Positions 11,001 through 23,624 of a stretch of DNA of 64,000 nucleotides are shown one piece after another. The first letter of the stretch is position 1, and the number at the start of each line of letters is the position of its first letter. The stretch spans positions 20,460,001 to 20,524,000 of the forward strand of contig NC_043020.1 of NCBI RefSeq assembly GCF_006345805.1, given 5' to 3'. The DNA comes from Octopus sinensis (lineage: Eukaryota). Position numbers and translations under genes: made by a program. The notes beneath the pieces were generated by a model, which had not been told where the DNA came from, did no database searches, and saw only the letters and a program-made list of their open reading frames with translations.

Positions 11001-12078
11001 CAGAAGGAAGAAAATTGATCCAGATAGCAGCAAAACACGAGCAAAACAAAAAACTGTTCTCAGTATTTAAGGAAGCTGACAAATACAAACAAGAAATCAT
11101 ACCACCTAATAAACACAAAGAAGAAGAAGAAGATGATGAAGAAACAACAAAAGCTATAAAACAAATGAAATCCAAACTAAAAATAGAACAGCAACGAGCC
11201 ATGATAAAACGATGGCAAGAAAAGCCCCTTCATGGTAAATACTGCACTAAACTAAACGCAAAAGAAATAGACAAAGAAAAATCCCAGCAATGGTTGAGAA
11301 GCTCAGGACTCAAAGCAGAAACAGAGGGATTTTTAATTGCAGCACAAGACCAAAGCCTCCCCACCAGAAATTACCAAAAACATGTAATGAAAAGAAATAT
11401 TACAAGTAACTGCAGAATATGTGGAGATGGACAAGAAACAATAAATCATATTATCTCTAGCTGCCCAGTCCTGGCTAAGAAGGAATATATTCACAGACAT
11501 GACAGAGTTGGAACCTACATACATTGGAAGCTATGCCAACATTATGGAATAACAACAGAAAAAAGATGGTATAGGCACACACCAGAAAAGGTCACAGAAA
11601 ACGAGAAAGCAACCATACTCTGGGATATGCCGATACACACAGATAGAGAAATTAAGGCCAACAGACCAGATATAGTTGTCAGAGATCATGAAGAAAAAAA
11701 ATGCTTTCTAATTGATGTATCAATACCAGCAGATGACAACGTGTCTCTAAAAGAAATGGAGAAACTCTCAAAATACAAAGACCTGGAAATAGAGGTAACT
11801 AGAATGTGGAACCTGAAAACAGAAACAATTCCTATCATAGTAGGTGCATTAGGCATGATAAAAAAATATTCAGACAAATACATAACAAAAACACCAGGAC
11901 TTACAAACACATATAACATACAGAAAATTGCACTACTAGGCACTGCACACATCCTACGCAGAACACTTTCCATACAATAACCATCAGAGCATCACAACAA
12001 ATCACAGCACATACCCAAGGCACACAGAGCTGCGCTCGGTAGTGAAGTGAAAGCACGCTATAAAAATAAAACTACTGA
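8093..12078 (+). mobile_element. Near full-length R4/Dong-clade non-LTR retrotransposon (~4 kb)
   Basis: Single long coding region with RT, CCHC knuckle and restriction-like endonuclease; flanked on both sides by (AAT)n, the known Dong target. Confidence 0.92.
8342..11980 (+). pseudogene. Dong/R4 polyprotein (RT + zinc knuckle + RLE) broken by about 4 frameshifts
   Basis: ORF pieces 8342-9109, 9024-9254, 9355-9810, 9825-11018 and 11015-11980; motifs YRPITCL, DYKKAFDS, GIFQGDTLSPLLF, LYMDDLKL, CRICGDGQETINHIISSC, RHDRV, RPDIV..LIDVSIP. Confidence 0.92.
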
Positions 12079-12099
12079 ATAATAATAATAATGATGATG

Positions 12100-12175
<76 letters not shown>

Positions 12176-12178
12176 CAA
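12078..12178. repeat. (AAT)n/(GAT)n microsatellite
   Basis: Directly visible. Confidence 0.95.
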
Positions 12179-12378
12179 TGATTTCAAATTTTGGCACAAA
12201 GCCAGCAATTTTGGGGAATGGGGGTAAGTCGATTACTGTGACCCGAGTTCTTAACTGATACTTGTTTTATCAACCCTGAATTTGACCTTGGCAGAATTTG
12301 AACTCAGAATGTAAAGATGATAAAATGCGACTAAGCATTCTGCTTGGCATTCTAACAATTCTACCACCTCACTGCCTC
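12178..12378 (-). mobile_element. tRNA-derived SINE, same family as 6520-7190
   Basis: tttggcacaaagccagcaa ... agaatttgaactcagaatgtaaag ... ctcactgcc. Confidence 0.7.
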
Positions 12379-12399
12379 AATAATAATGATAATAACTGA

Positions 12400-12930
12400 G
12401 GCTGTAAATGAGGGAGAAAATGTAACAATTCTTTGGGACTTTCCAATACTCTGTTTATTGATTGACACAAGAATACCTTGTGATCATCATATCTTGGCAA
12501 AAGAACTTGATAAGCTCAGAAAATGTAAAGATTTGCTGATTGAAATTGAAAAAAATGTGGCATCTCAAGACAGTTACAATGCCAGTGATTATAGGAGAAC
12601 TTGGAATGATCAAAAAAGGAACTGAAAATTATTTGAGGATGATCCCTGGCTAACCATCCATACAAGAAGTTCAAAAGATTGTTTTCATTGGTACGTCACA
12701 CATATTGAGAACAGTGTTGCTGTGAATTTTCTGTTCTTTTTTTTCACTTTCCCCGTTTAAAAATTTTTTTCCTTCTTTCCTTTTACTTTCTTCCCTGTTT
12801 TTCTATCATATGACTTTGTAAATGAACAATCTGGTGTGTTTATTTTAATGGCCTACCAATGTATATAATGAGTTTCTTTGCCCTAGGTGTCAGGGAGATA
12901 CTTGGCAAGAAATGGAAACAAAATTGAAAG
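12400..12930 (+). mobile_element. Dong/R4 3' remnant (RLE region and 3' UTR)
   Basis: ENVTILWDFPI..LIDTRIP..KDLLIEIEK.W.LKTVTMPVIIG..GMIKKG, followed by a GAA/GAT/AAT tail. Confidence 0.8.
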
Positions 12931-12983
12931 AAGAAGATGATGATGATGACGATGACAATAACAACAACAACAATAATAATAAT

Positions 12984-14754
12984 AAACCTATGACATGATT
13001 CCACACTCATGGATAAGTGAATGTTTGAGTATATTCAGTATTGCAGACAGCATAAGGGAGTTAACTTTAGCATGAAGAAATGGAAAATAGATCTCTACTC
13101 TAGTGATGTAGCCTTAGGGAAAATTAATACCAAGAGAGGAATTTTCCAAGGAGACTCATTATCCCCTTTAATATTTGTCTTATGTTTAATTGCCCTCAGT
13201 TTAGTGTTAAGGAAGGCAAAGGCAGGGTACTAGTTCAGAAATAGTAAAGGAAAAATTAAACATTTGCTCTACAAGAATGATTTGAAGCTTTTTAGTAAGA
13301 ATAAAAAAGAGATAGATTCCTTAATACATACAGTAAGACTCTTCAGCAAGGATATAGACATGGAATTTGGCATAGATAAGCGTGGAATATTAGTCATGAA
13401 AAAGGGACAGGTAGTCAACAGTGAAGGCATCCAATTACCAGATAGCCAGACATTAAAATCATTGAAAGAAGGAGAGAGTTATAAGCGTCTAGGAGTATTA
13501 GAATCTGAGAGAGTACTAACTATAGAAATGAAAACAAAAATTGAGAAGTACATCAGAAGGGTGAAGAAGCTAATGAAGTCAAAGCTAAATGGCCCGAATC
13601 TAGTGAAGGCTATAAATACTTGGGCAGTATTGTTACTTAGATATTCAGCAGTTTTGTGTAGATAGGACAAAATCTGAATTAGCAAAGATAGACAGAAAAA
13701 CTAGGAAAGAATTCAATATGAATGGAGGACTTCACCCAAGAGCAGGAGTAGCAAGATTATACTTACCTTGAAAGGAAGGTGGATGAGGGTTAATATTAGT
13801 AGAAGACTGTGTGGATTTAACAAAAGTAGATATAGCCTCTGATGTGGATTACAGTGAAGAAAGTTTATTAAGAGCTGCTACAGTCACAGTAGGACACACG
13901 GAAACAAAAAGTCAAATGAAGTTAAAAATAAAAAAAAAAAGATTATGTGACTGGCAAGAGATAGTTGCAAGAAACAGTAATAGTGAGATATGGTTATGGT
14001 TGTAGAAAGGAAGGTTGTAAAGGGAGACATAAAGTTTGTTAGTAGCAGCACAAGGTCAAGCATTGAGGACTAATTGGATAAAAGCCAAGATAAACAAAAA
14101 CCAGGTAGATTCCCAACGTAGGTTATGTAAATCAAAAGAAGAAAGTGTTACTCATATAATAAGTGAATGTAGCATACTGGCACAGAAAGAATACAAGAAA
14201 AGACACAATAATCTAGATAGAATAATCCACTGGGAGTTATGTAGAAAGCTAGGATTTGACCATACTGATAAATGGTATGAACCTGAGCCTAGTAAAGTAC
14301 TAGAAAGTAAGAGATATAAGATGTAGTGGGACTTTCACTTTCAGATGGACAGAGTAATAGAAGCTAGAAGGCCTGATTTAGTAGGAGTAGATAAAGAGAA
14401 TAGAAAGAGTCAGATAATTGACTTTACAGTCCCAAATGATGAAAAAGTCAATATGAGAGGTATAGAAAAAACAGCAAAGTATCAGGACCTAGCCATTGAA
14501 TTGTAGAGACTATGGAAAGTGCAGGTAAAATGTACCCCTGTAGTTATAGATGCGTTAGAAATTATCCCTAAAGATCTGAACAGATGGATAGAGGAAATAG
14601 GCATAAAACTTAGTTCAGTACAACTCCAGGAAACTGTTATTAGGAACAGCTAGAATATTTAAGAGAGTTCTTGGCATCTAAGGTTATTTGTTGTATCCCG
14701 ACGATAGGAACTTTTCTTTCCCAACAATTTAATCTGTAGTGCAAACACGAAGAA

Positions 14755-14755
<1 letters not shown>
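12984..14755 (+). mobile_element. 5'-truncated, decayed Dong/R4 copy (RT to RLE and 3' UTR)
   Basis: YDMIPHSWI, RGIFQGDSLSPLIF, LYKNDLKL, LVAAQGQALRT, ECSILAQKEYKKRHN, RPDLV; ends at (AAT)n. Confidence 0.88.
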
Positions 14756-14817
<62 letters not shown>

Positions 14818-14837
14818 AACAATAATAATAATAATAA
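14756..14837. repeat. (AAT)n microsatellite
   Basis: Directly visible. Confidence 0.95.
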
Positions 14838-14912
14838 TCTTTTCTGTTTTTACCTCATCTCTTTATTGAGATCAACAATGACAATTTAGTATATAAAATA
14901 CAAAAAAAAAAA

Positions 14913-15412
14913 ATTACCTTTCTATATGGATGACTTAAAATTCTATGCTAAAAAAAAGAAAGACAGTGACCTAAGTCTTAAAACTGTAAAAACCTATAGT
15001 GATAACTTAGGTATGGACTTTAGTTTGAATAAATGTGCAAAGGTAACACTTGAGAAAGATAGAGTTACCCTCACATCTTCCATTGATTTTGACATAATCA
15101 CTATTAAGAAGCTTGACTATAAGAAACGTGTAAGTACCTAAGTGTCAACAAAGATGGCATCATAAAACACTCCCATATGAAAGAAAAGACTAAAAAGAAT
15201 ATTACAGAAAAATAAGGCTTATTCTTAACAGGGAGCTTAACTTACAAAACTGATTTAAAGCAATAAATATTCTGGCAATACCAGTTGTTCAATATAGCTT
15301 CAAAATAGTTAACTAGACTCTCAGATATCAAAAGGATGGCTGTGAAAACCAGAAAACTCCTCACATCTCACATGAGCCTAAAGTGTACATCTATACCTCT
15401 CTATAAATGAAG
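14913..15412 (+). mobile_element. Dong/R4 RT fragment
   Basis: YMDDLKFYAK..GMDFSLNKCAKVTL, then KAINILAIPVVQYSF-like sequence. Confidence 0.75.
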
Positions 15413-16580
15413 GTCAGGTGTGGAAGCAAGCTCTAAAATCAAAGGACCTTGGATTTAATCTAGCAAAAACCAAAGTCTTAGTAAGTAGGAAAGCAGAAAA
15501 ATCACAAATCCCTTCAGATAGATGGTCCTGCTTCATCTGTAGAAAAGGCATAGGTAGAAACTCTATAAGATGTACCCAGTGTAAGCTATGGACACATAAG
15601 AGGTGCAGCAATATCAGAGGAGGGTTAATGGAAAATTGTTTTTGTGTGTGGAATGTACACAGGTACAATAAACACTAAAAATGTAGAGAAAATAGACTCC
15701 ATCAAATACCAGTGAGGGAAGCTAGAAGTAGGTGATAGTTTCTGTTACCTAGGCGACCAAGTCAGTAGCAGAGGTGGATGCTCTGAGAGTGTAGCTGCTA
15801 GAATAAGAATAGGCTGGACAAAGTTCAGAGAGCTCCTACCTCTGTTGGTAACAAAGGGCCTCTCCCTCAGAGTGAAAGGTAGATTGTATAATACCTGTGT
15901 GTGAACAGCCATGCTACATGGCAGTAAGACATGGGCTGTGACCGCTGAGGATGTGTGTAGGATTGAAAGAAATATGTGCAATGTCAGTGTGCATGTATAA
16001 CAGAATGTAAGCATCTTGGAGAGAAAAGTTGGGTATAAGAGGCATCAGATGTGGTGTCCAAGAGAGACAACTGCATTGGTATGGTCATGTGATGCATATG
16101 AATGAGGACAGCAGTGTAAAGAAGTGCCAATCTCTAACAGTGGAGGGAATCTGTGGAAGAGGGTAGACCCAGAAAGACATGAGATGAAGTGGTGAAGCAT
16201 GATCTTTGAACATTGGGCCTCACAGGCAATGACAAATGATTGAAGCCTTTGGCTAAATGGTGACATGTAAAAAGCATCCTTCAAATATTTGGCCTCATGG
16301 AGGCAATGATAAGCAACCGAGACTGTTGTACTTGTGAAGATCCATCAAGCCAAGTGAAATTGTAGTTGTGGCCGATGCCAGTGTCATGTAACTGGCACCC
16401 ACGCTAGTGACACGTAAAAAGCACCCACTACACTCTTGAAGAGGTTGGTGTTAGGAAGAGCATGCAGCTATAGAAACCATGCCAAATCAGACTGGAACTT
16501 GGTGCAGCCCTCCAGCTTACCAGTTTCAGTGAAACATCTAACTAATGCCAGTATGGAAGCAGATGCTAAATGATGATGAT
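15413..16580 (+). mobile_element. RTE-clade LINE 3' portion with (GAT)n tail
   Basis: WKQALKSKDLGFNLAKTKVL, C..C..W.HKRCS, FCYLGDQVSSRGGC, RGRPRKTW-like C-terminus, then the family 3' UTR and gatgatgatg. Confidence 0.88.
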
Positions 16581-18364
16581 GAGAGAAACTGGTATATGCA
16601 GCAGACATAAACATATACCCCAAAATGCACTCTCTCTCTCTTTCACACACAGACCAATTCGGAAACACATGGTTCAATGTAGTATTGAAGTTTACAAACT
16701 ACTGCTACTTATGGTGATGATTGTTGAGAAAGACAGGAATGTCAACCAAATATTTATAAAAAAAAGAAAAATCAATGAGATTTTTACACTTATCGTCAAT
16801 ACATTCACAGTAGGTACAAGATCAAAATTCAGGATTAATTGAAAGAAAATGAGCAGTGTCCATGACTCTTTTTAATAGGCCCTACATTCTCAAAGGTATG
16901 GAATTTTGGTTCAAATGCTTGTGATAGAGCAAAGTATACTCGAGGGCACCTAAAGATCAGGGACCGGAATCTAAGTGTAGAAGGGTCATGATATAAGTAT
17001 AAAAGAAGTATAGTGGAAATGATGGATTGCACCAGAATAATGGCAAACTGAATTTAAAAAAAGTTTTTTAAATAAATAGCTCATTAAGAGAATATTGAAC
17101 AGAAACAGTCATCAGATGTTAGTTAGCAGACTGTGAACAGGTGAGCAAATAGTGAGTGAATAAAATGAAAAACAACAGCTTTACACAGCAGTTTCCACCA
17201 ATTGGGAATCTAATTAACTGAAAAGTGTTCAGTGTTCTGAATTACCTGTATCACCAGCATTTTGTTAAAACACTGAAATAAGCAATCTGAGGCAATATTC
17301 ATCTTTTGAGTTCTTATTTTGGAGAGTGACAGGTGATACAAATCAGTATCATAGACGATTCATTCCAGCTATCACGTCGACTTAGAAATATACATAGAAT
17401 TGGAATTCGAAAATTTCTACATTTTAAACTATGATAAAAATGTTGCTATTCAAAGAGAATCACTTCAGCTGCTGGACTATTTACTGTTATTAACTGGAAT
17501 CACAATTCTTTTGATAGACAATTCCAAAGGATGCCATTCAAGCCATGTAAGACATATTCTACTCGAATAGACCAGTAACAATGCTACTTTTAAAGACATT
17601 TAAAGGAATATATTCATACAACAAATGGAAATTCTGGATGTTCCACAGCCTGAATGCAGTAAGTTCTCATACAGAAGAGCGACATATTTGAGAATATAAA
17701 AACTACTGTAAGAATCAACATAATAAGGATCAATGGAGACAAAACAATATTCTGTTTTATGTATATCAGTACTTTGTTCTCATGTATTGTAACAGAGTCA
17801 ATTGTTTATCTTCTCCTAATGAGATGTATCCATCATTAGGGGATTGGCACTGTTGACTTTAAATAGGCTCAGTACTGCAAATCAGTAAAACAATCATGTA
17901 TACAGAAATATATACAATTCCCTTGCATTTAAAGGAAATAGTAGAATCCAAGGAAAAATAGTGATATTCCAAGTTGGTAACATAGTAATACAAAAAAAAT
18001 CAAAAGGTACAAATAAATAATTATGCTATAAGGAAGAAGAGAAATCTAATGCTTCAGGCAGAATACTTTATTAGAGAAAGAAGGAATGTCTGCTGGTGTT
18101 GCAGGATAAGTAAATTGGAAGTAATGAGAGTGGAATAATTGTTATAACGGTAAAGAACATGGGAGAAGGAAGGCAATGTATGAGAAGGAGCAGCAAGGGA
18201 GGAAGAAGGGGAGGTAAGAAGTGTTGGGGAGGGGCAAGAACTGACAGTAAGAGTGATGAAAAATATAAAAGACAAGAGATTTGAAAACTGTTCAAGAGCA
18301 GTAGGCAAAGATAGGGAAACATTGTTACAGACATACAAATGCATACATATAATTTATAAACACA

Positions 18365-19860
18365 TTTGTGCATGCTTGCATGGGTTAAGCAGGTCTTCTC
18401 CAAAGTAGTCTCACTACTTGTTACAACTCTTTTGCCATCTTCATGAGGTTCAGTCTTCACTACTTCCCATGCTTTTCTCATGCTTCCTCTTCCACAAGTT
18501 CCTTGTATAGGGATTATCAGGCACCACTTTTACCCAACTGTTATCCTCCACATGCATCACACACCACAACCAGTGCAGTCTCTTTTTTACATGCTACATC
18601 TGATCATCTGATTTTACTTATACCCAGTTTTTTCTCTCAGTCTGTTTTTACTCATCATTCATGCACATTAACATTACACAAACTCATCTCATTTGTTTCC
18701 AGCCTCCAAGCATCCTCATTCAATGTTCATGATACCTTGCAAAAATTACCTGATTGACTACTTGAGTGAATAGCATCTGTTCTACTTCTCTGAATATTTT
18801 CAGCATCTAAGTGACTATGTGATGATCCAGCCTACTTTCCTTGCCTTTATAACCTTAACTGTGCCTTCAACAATATAGCTGTCAACTTCAATAGCTGGTT
18901 CCTCTGTTGGATATCTAGCTGAGGTCTCTTCCATTAATTCTTTACACTCAGCAACTGTGCACAGTAACACTTAAATGCTTCTTTCTTTTCAGCGTCAAGT
19001 GTATTGCTCTCTCTTCTCAGCAGCAAGTGTGCTGTGACCATTCTACATACAATTATCCCCTATGGCATCTTAATTACGGCTGACACACTGGTTAGCATTC
19101 CAGGGCACTGCATGTCTGATCTTTTTACTGGCATAGTTCATACTTTCAGTTCCTCCATGCTACGAATACCTGATGGATGTTTTTTCTTCTACCTACCTCA
19201 TATCAGTTCATGCTCCCTGCTTTCTTCCATTTTTTTCTAAGTCTGTTTCTTGGATTTTGTGGCTCTATTTACTATACCATTCTACCACCATGTTACAGTT
19301 CAACCTAAAACATGCTTGTGGCATGTAATAGATTGTCTTGAAGAAATTCTCAATTATCTTTCAATGTTAGTAATCTACTTCTTTTTCCTTCTTCTCTTAC
19401 ATGTCAACTAGTATTTCCTTAAACCTACATCAAGCTGAGAGGTTTTTCATCTCTACCTTCTTTTTTCCAGATTGTCTTGTATTTCTGAGTTTGCTTACCT
19501 CTTAATCTGATGTTCAGAGAGAAACCTAAAATTCACAATCAGTTACTTACACTATTTTCTGGTGAATATGAGGTCGACCTGGTTTGCATATTAATCTGAT
19601 TGGAAGGTGGTTGGTAGGTTTTCTGAGGCTAGTGTTACAAATACTCATGTCATTTGCATCAAGTCTCCAAGAATTCCAATCCCTTTTCGTTCCTTGTACC
19701 ATATTCCATAGTTTCGATAAACAGTAGAGTAGCCACCTTGAACATGTCTGTTAAAGTCACCAGCTATGATATTGCAGTTGCTGTCACTCATTTGTGGAGG
19801 TACTCTGCAAGAGGACCTCTTAAAATTAGTCTTTTTCTCATCTGTCAGCCCTGATTATGA
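18365..19860 (-). mobile_element. Heavily decayed RTE LINE (endonuclease, RT-linker and C-terminal pieces)
   Basis: Minus strand gives IAGDFNRHV..YGTRNEKGLEFL (APE) at about 19680-19850, sequence homologous to 23700-23870 at about 18740-18900, and GTCGRGSMRKAWE near 18450-18510. Confidence 0.7.
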
Positions 19861-19964
19861 TACAAGGTCATTTCCACTAGCATGCCGGCTGTGACTAATT
19901 TAAAATTATTCATTAACATTTTCTAATTACCTGAATTTATTAATTTCTCTGCAAAAAGATGCAT

Positions 19965-22145
19965 GATCCACCAGCGCACCTTGAAGAATTTGTATACATG
20001 TTCTTTACATGCATGTGTAAACAGAGACAAAATAACCAAACTGCGTGGCCACCAAACAACAGCAGATTAATTTTGCCTGCTGAATGAAATAATCTTTCAA
20101 CTATTATCATTTACCAAACCATAATCTATCAGGTCATCCCATAAGTTCTGTCTGATTTTATCTTTTTTAAAATTGAATGAAATTCAACAGTATTTTAGAA
20201 TGTCTAATGGAATTTAAAATTATTTTTATGCATTTGTGTACATTTAAACTAATTAAATATTTTACAGAATAATAGAATTAAAATTTCTTTGATTAAAACC
20301 CTTTCTAACATGGAAGTATCCAAAGAACATTTAAGGCACACAATGCTTTATGTGTACAAAAAAGGAAACTCTGCTGCCGAAACGATTCGAAACATACACT
20401 CAGTTTATGGGAAAGAATGCTTGAATGAAAGAACTTACAGAAGATGGTTTGCAAAATTCAGAAGTGGAGATTTCAGCCTTGAAGATGAAGATCAAACAGG
20501 ACATCCAGTTGAGTTTGATGATAAGCACCTTAAGGCATTACTTGAAGAAAATCCTGCATTATCAGTTGAAGAATTGGCAATAAAGCTTAGTTCAAACCAT
20601 ACAACTGTTCATTGTCATCTATAACAACTTGGAAAGGTTCCTAAATTTGGAAAATGGATGCCTCATGAATTGTCTGAAAGCAACTGCAAATCCTGAGTTG
20701 ACATCTGCTCTTCTCTTCATTTTTGTGAACTCATTTCACCCTTTTTGGATTGACTGGTGACGAAAAATGGATCTTCTATCGAAATCTTAAACGTCGTAAA
20801 CAGTGGCTTGGTAGAAGGGAAAAAGCTCAACCACAACTGAGAAGGGAACTTCATGAAAAAAAGGTTCTTCTCTCTATCTGGTGGGATTGCAAAGGAGTAA
20901 TTCACTTTGAATTGTTAGCACCTAATGTAACAATCAATGCTCAAGTCTACTGTCAACAATTAGAGTGTTTGAACCAAGCTTTGAAGAAAAAAAGACCCAC
21001 TTTAATGAATGAAAAAGAAATGATGTTTCATCAGGACAATGCACAACCCCACACTGCAAAGATCACATTACAGAAGATCAAAGAGCTTTGTTGGGAAAAA
21101 TTCCTCATCCACCTTATTCTCCCAACCTTGCTCCTTTAGACTACCATTTGTTTCATAGTTTACAGAATCACTTGAGGGACATAATTTTCGCAAGCCAGGA
21201 GGTCGAAACTGACATTTCATAGTTCTTCGCTTTGAAACCAAAAGGGTTTTACATTGTTGGAATTAAAAAGCTTGTAAATAGATGGAAGGAAGTCATAGAT
21301 AATCAGGGAAAGTACATTGATGATAAAATTTCAATTAAATATAACATTTGATCACTTGTTTTCTTTATTGAAAATTCAGACAGAACTTATGGGATGACCT
21401 GATATCTATCATAGATAACCAAACAATGCTGCCATAAAGCTTGGTAACACGTGTCTAATACACTGGTACAATGATACCACATAAATAACACTGGTGCTGG
21501 TTACATTTAAAAAGCACTGAAGTGTGTTTTTTATGATGAGCTCACCTCTGGTAAGCAACCACAACATAAGTCAAGGAACAGGTAAAGAAAACCTGAAGAA
21601 ATTATATATGAACAAAAGTGATTGGGAAATTTATGTTCGAGATTGGAACAAATGGAGAGGTGCTGTTAGGATTGGTTGCAATGCCTGGAAGGAAAAGACG
21701 ATTCAGCACTGAGCATAAAAGGGCCTGTTGCAAAGGAACAATTGCAACTGAAATTAACAGTGAACATTGGACATGTATTATCTGTGATCATATTCTGTTG
21801 TCAAAAGCAGAATATGTGAATCATGAAGTCACATGAAAATTGAAATGTCCAGGTAGGACACCAACCAGCTCTTACAACTTGTGTCATATGTCACAAAACT
21901 TGTACAATAATATCTGGACTTAAAAGACATATGCTAGTTCACAGAAGCATTCCTTCAGAATCAGATTCCAAAGGGCAAAGATGTAAAAGAAACTTGAATA
22001 ATATCTGTCACTTAGTTGTAAACCTTGTCAGTCAGCAGCTGGTCTTGAAAGTCATCTGAGGGCTCATCAACAGAATAATTGTGCTGTGTGATGGTGTGTG
22101 GTGAGTGTGCTGATGGGATGGCTATCATCATCTGGAAGCAATCAT
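19965..22145 (+). mobile_element. RTE (BovB-like) 3' fragment with C-terminal zinc fingers, interrupted by mariner
   Basis: HQRTLK..RDKITK upstream of the mariner; VFYDELTSGKQPQHK, WEIYVRDWNKWRGAV, C..C..SAAGLESHLRAH downstream. Confidence 0.75.
20129..21402 (+). mobile_element. Full-length mariner transposon, inactive
   Basis: Perfect 27-bp TIRs tcaggtcatcccataagttctgtctga, TA duplication on both sides (20127-8, 21403-4); transposase from ATG 20309 with TGDEKW, HQDNAQPH and YSP.LAP.DYHLF, with stops and frameshifts. Confidence 0.96.
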
Positions 22146-22469
22146 CATATATATATGTATATATATATATTATGCATATATACCACCCAAGGTTCTCGTG
22201 TATATGAATAGTGAACAACAACTACCAGAATGTATTCCGATTGAGATAAGCGAAATGGAGATTAAAAAATGAGGTGCCTTTTGACAAGTCACCTGTTAAG
22301 ACACATCTGCACCAATGATGCGCCACAACTGTTTGTACAGGATCTTACCTGTGAGGTATTGGTGCATGATTGATCAAAGCAATCATAGAGAATAATAGAC
22401 TCTCGTGAATTCTATTCTCTTTCTTACATATTTTATATATGCATATATATACATGATGGATTCTCCCAT

Positions 22470-22750
22470 CGAAGACAATGTATGAGCGTTCAGCTTGGTA
22501 AACGACCTGCACAAATGATTTGTTTATAGTGATCAAATGTTCGTGTCGCACATGAGCTCACTCTCGCAATCAAATCAACATTGTCTGAACGGGTGCACAG
22601 TGCACCATGCGTCAGGCGTCAAAGTGATTGCAGAGCAACGTGGGATGAAGTGTTTTGTTCAAGAACACAACACACCACCCAGTCTAGGAATTGAAATCAC
22701 GATCTTGTGATGGTGAGAGCAACACCCCAACCACTAAGCCATGAACCCTC
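22470..22750 (-). mobile_element. tRNA-derived SINE (different family)
   Basis: Minus strand head ggcttagtggttggggtgttgctctc..gtgatttcaattcc (A/B boxes) followed by ttgtgttcttgaacaaaacacttcat. Confidence 0.65.
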
Positions 22751-23011
22751 ACACACATACGCATACACACACATATGTATGTATATCTATGTGTATATAT
22801 TGGGTATAAGTATATGTATGTATATGTGCGTGTGTGCATATGTGTATACGTATATATGCATGTGAGGACATGTATCTCTATACATCCATTTGTATGTATA
22901 TGTATTTATATATGTATGTACATGTGTGTATATCTATGGATCTATATATGCAGATCAATATATCTATATATGGTTGTGTACTTCAATATATTTGCTTTGT
23001 ATCATCAACAT

Positions 23012-23138
23012 CCTCATTGTTTAACGTCCGTTTTCCATGCTGGCACAGGTCAGACGATTTGACTGGGGATTGGCTACACCAGGCTCCAATCTGATCTTGC
23101 AAGGTTTCTACAGCTAGATGTTCTTCCTAACACCAACA
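23012..23138 (-). mobile_element. RTE 3' tail fragment
   Basis: catc..gtttaacgtccgttttccatgc...tttctacagctagatg..ttcctaacaccaac, matching 51090-51245. Confidence 0.8.
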
Positions 23139-23624
23139 TTGGACAGGGGTTGGACAATGGTTGAGCTGTTACTATTACTACTATTTCTATTATATTATTT
23201 TTATTTAACTTTATTATTTTAACTTACTTCCACACACGTTAGTTTCCTAACATTTGGTCTATCTGATGAAGCCTTGGGGCTCAACCATTGTCCAACCGCT
23301 TTCCAATGTTTGTTCAACATTTCTAAGATCACTGTATATCACTGGCATGATGTGGAAAACTTGGAAGACTTGGCAACCCTATGGTAAAAACAGCCATAAG
23401 AGAGTTTAGTATTTGTACACTCTTTTATTCTTATTCATTTATTTCTACTTATTTACTTATTTATTTGCTTATTTCATTTGTTTATTTGGATCAATTATAC
23501 ATATGATTGTAAGAAATTAATAAATAAATATAATCGAATGTTTACAGGCTGATGTTTGTCGATTTTTTATCCTCACCATTTTCTTATTTGCCTATACATA
23601 TAAATATATTTACATATCTATATA

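Noticed and set aside
8421-11973. Minus-strand ORFs overlapping Dong
   Set aside because: Antisense shadows of the Dong coding frame.
22150-22450. CpG-containing unit between TA runs, possible pseudo-LTR or exon (minus-strand cag|GTAAGA)
   Set aside because: No ribozyme motif, no open frame and no second copy in the window to support either reading.
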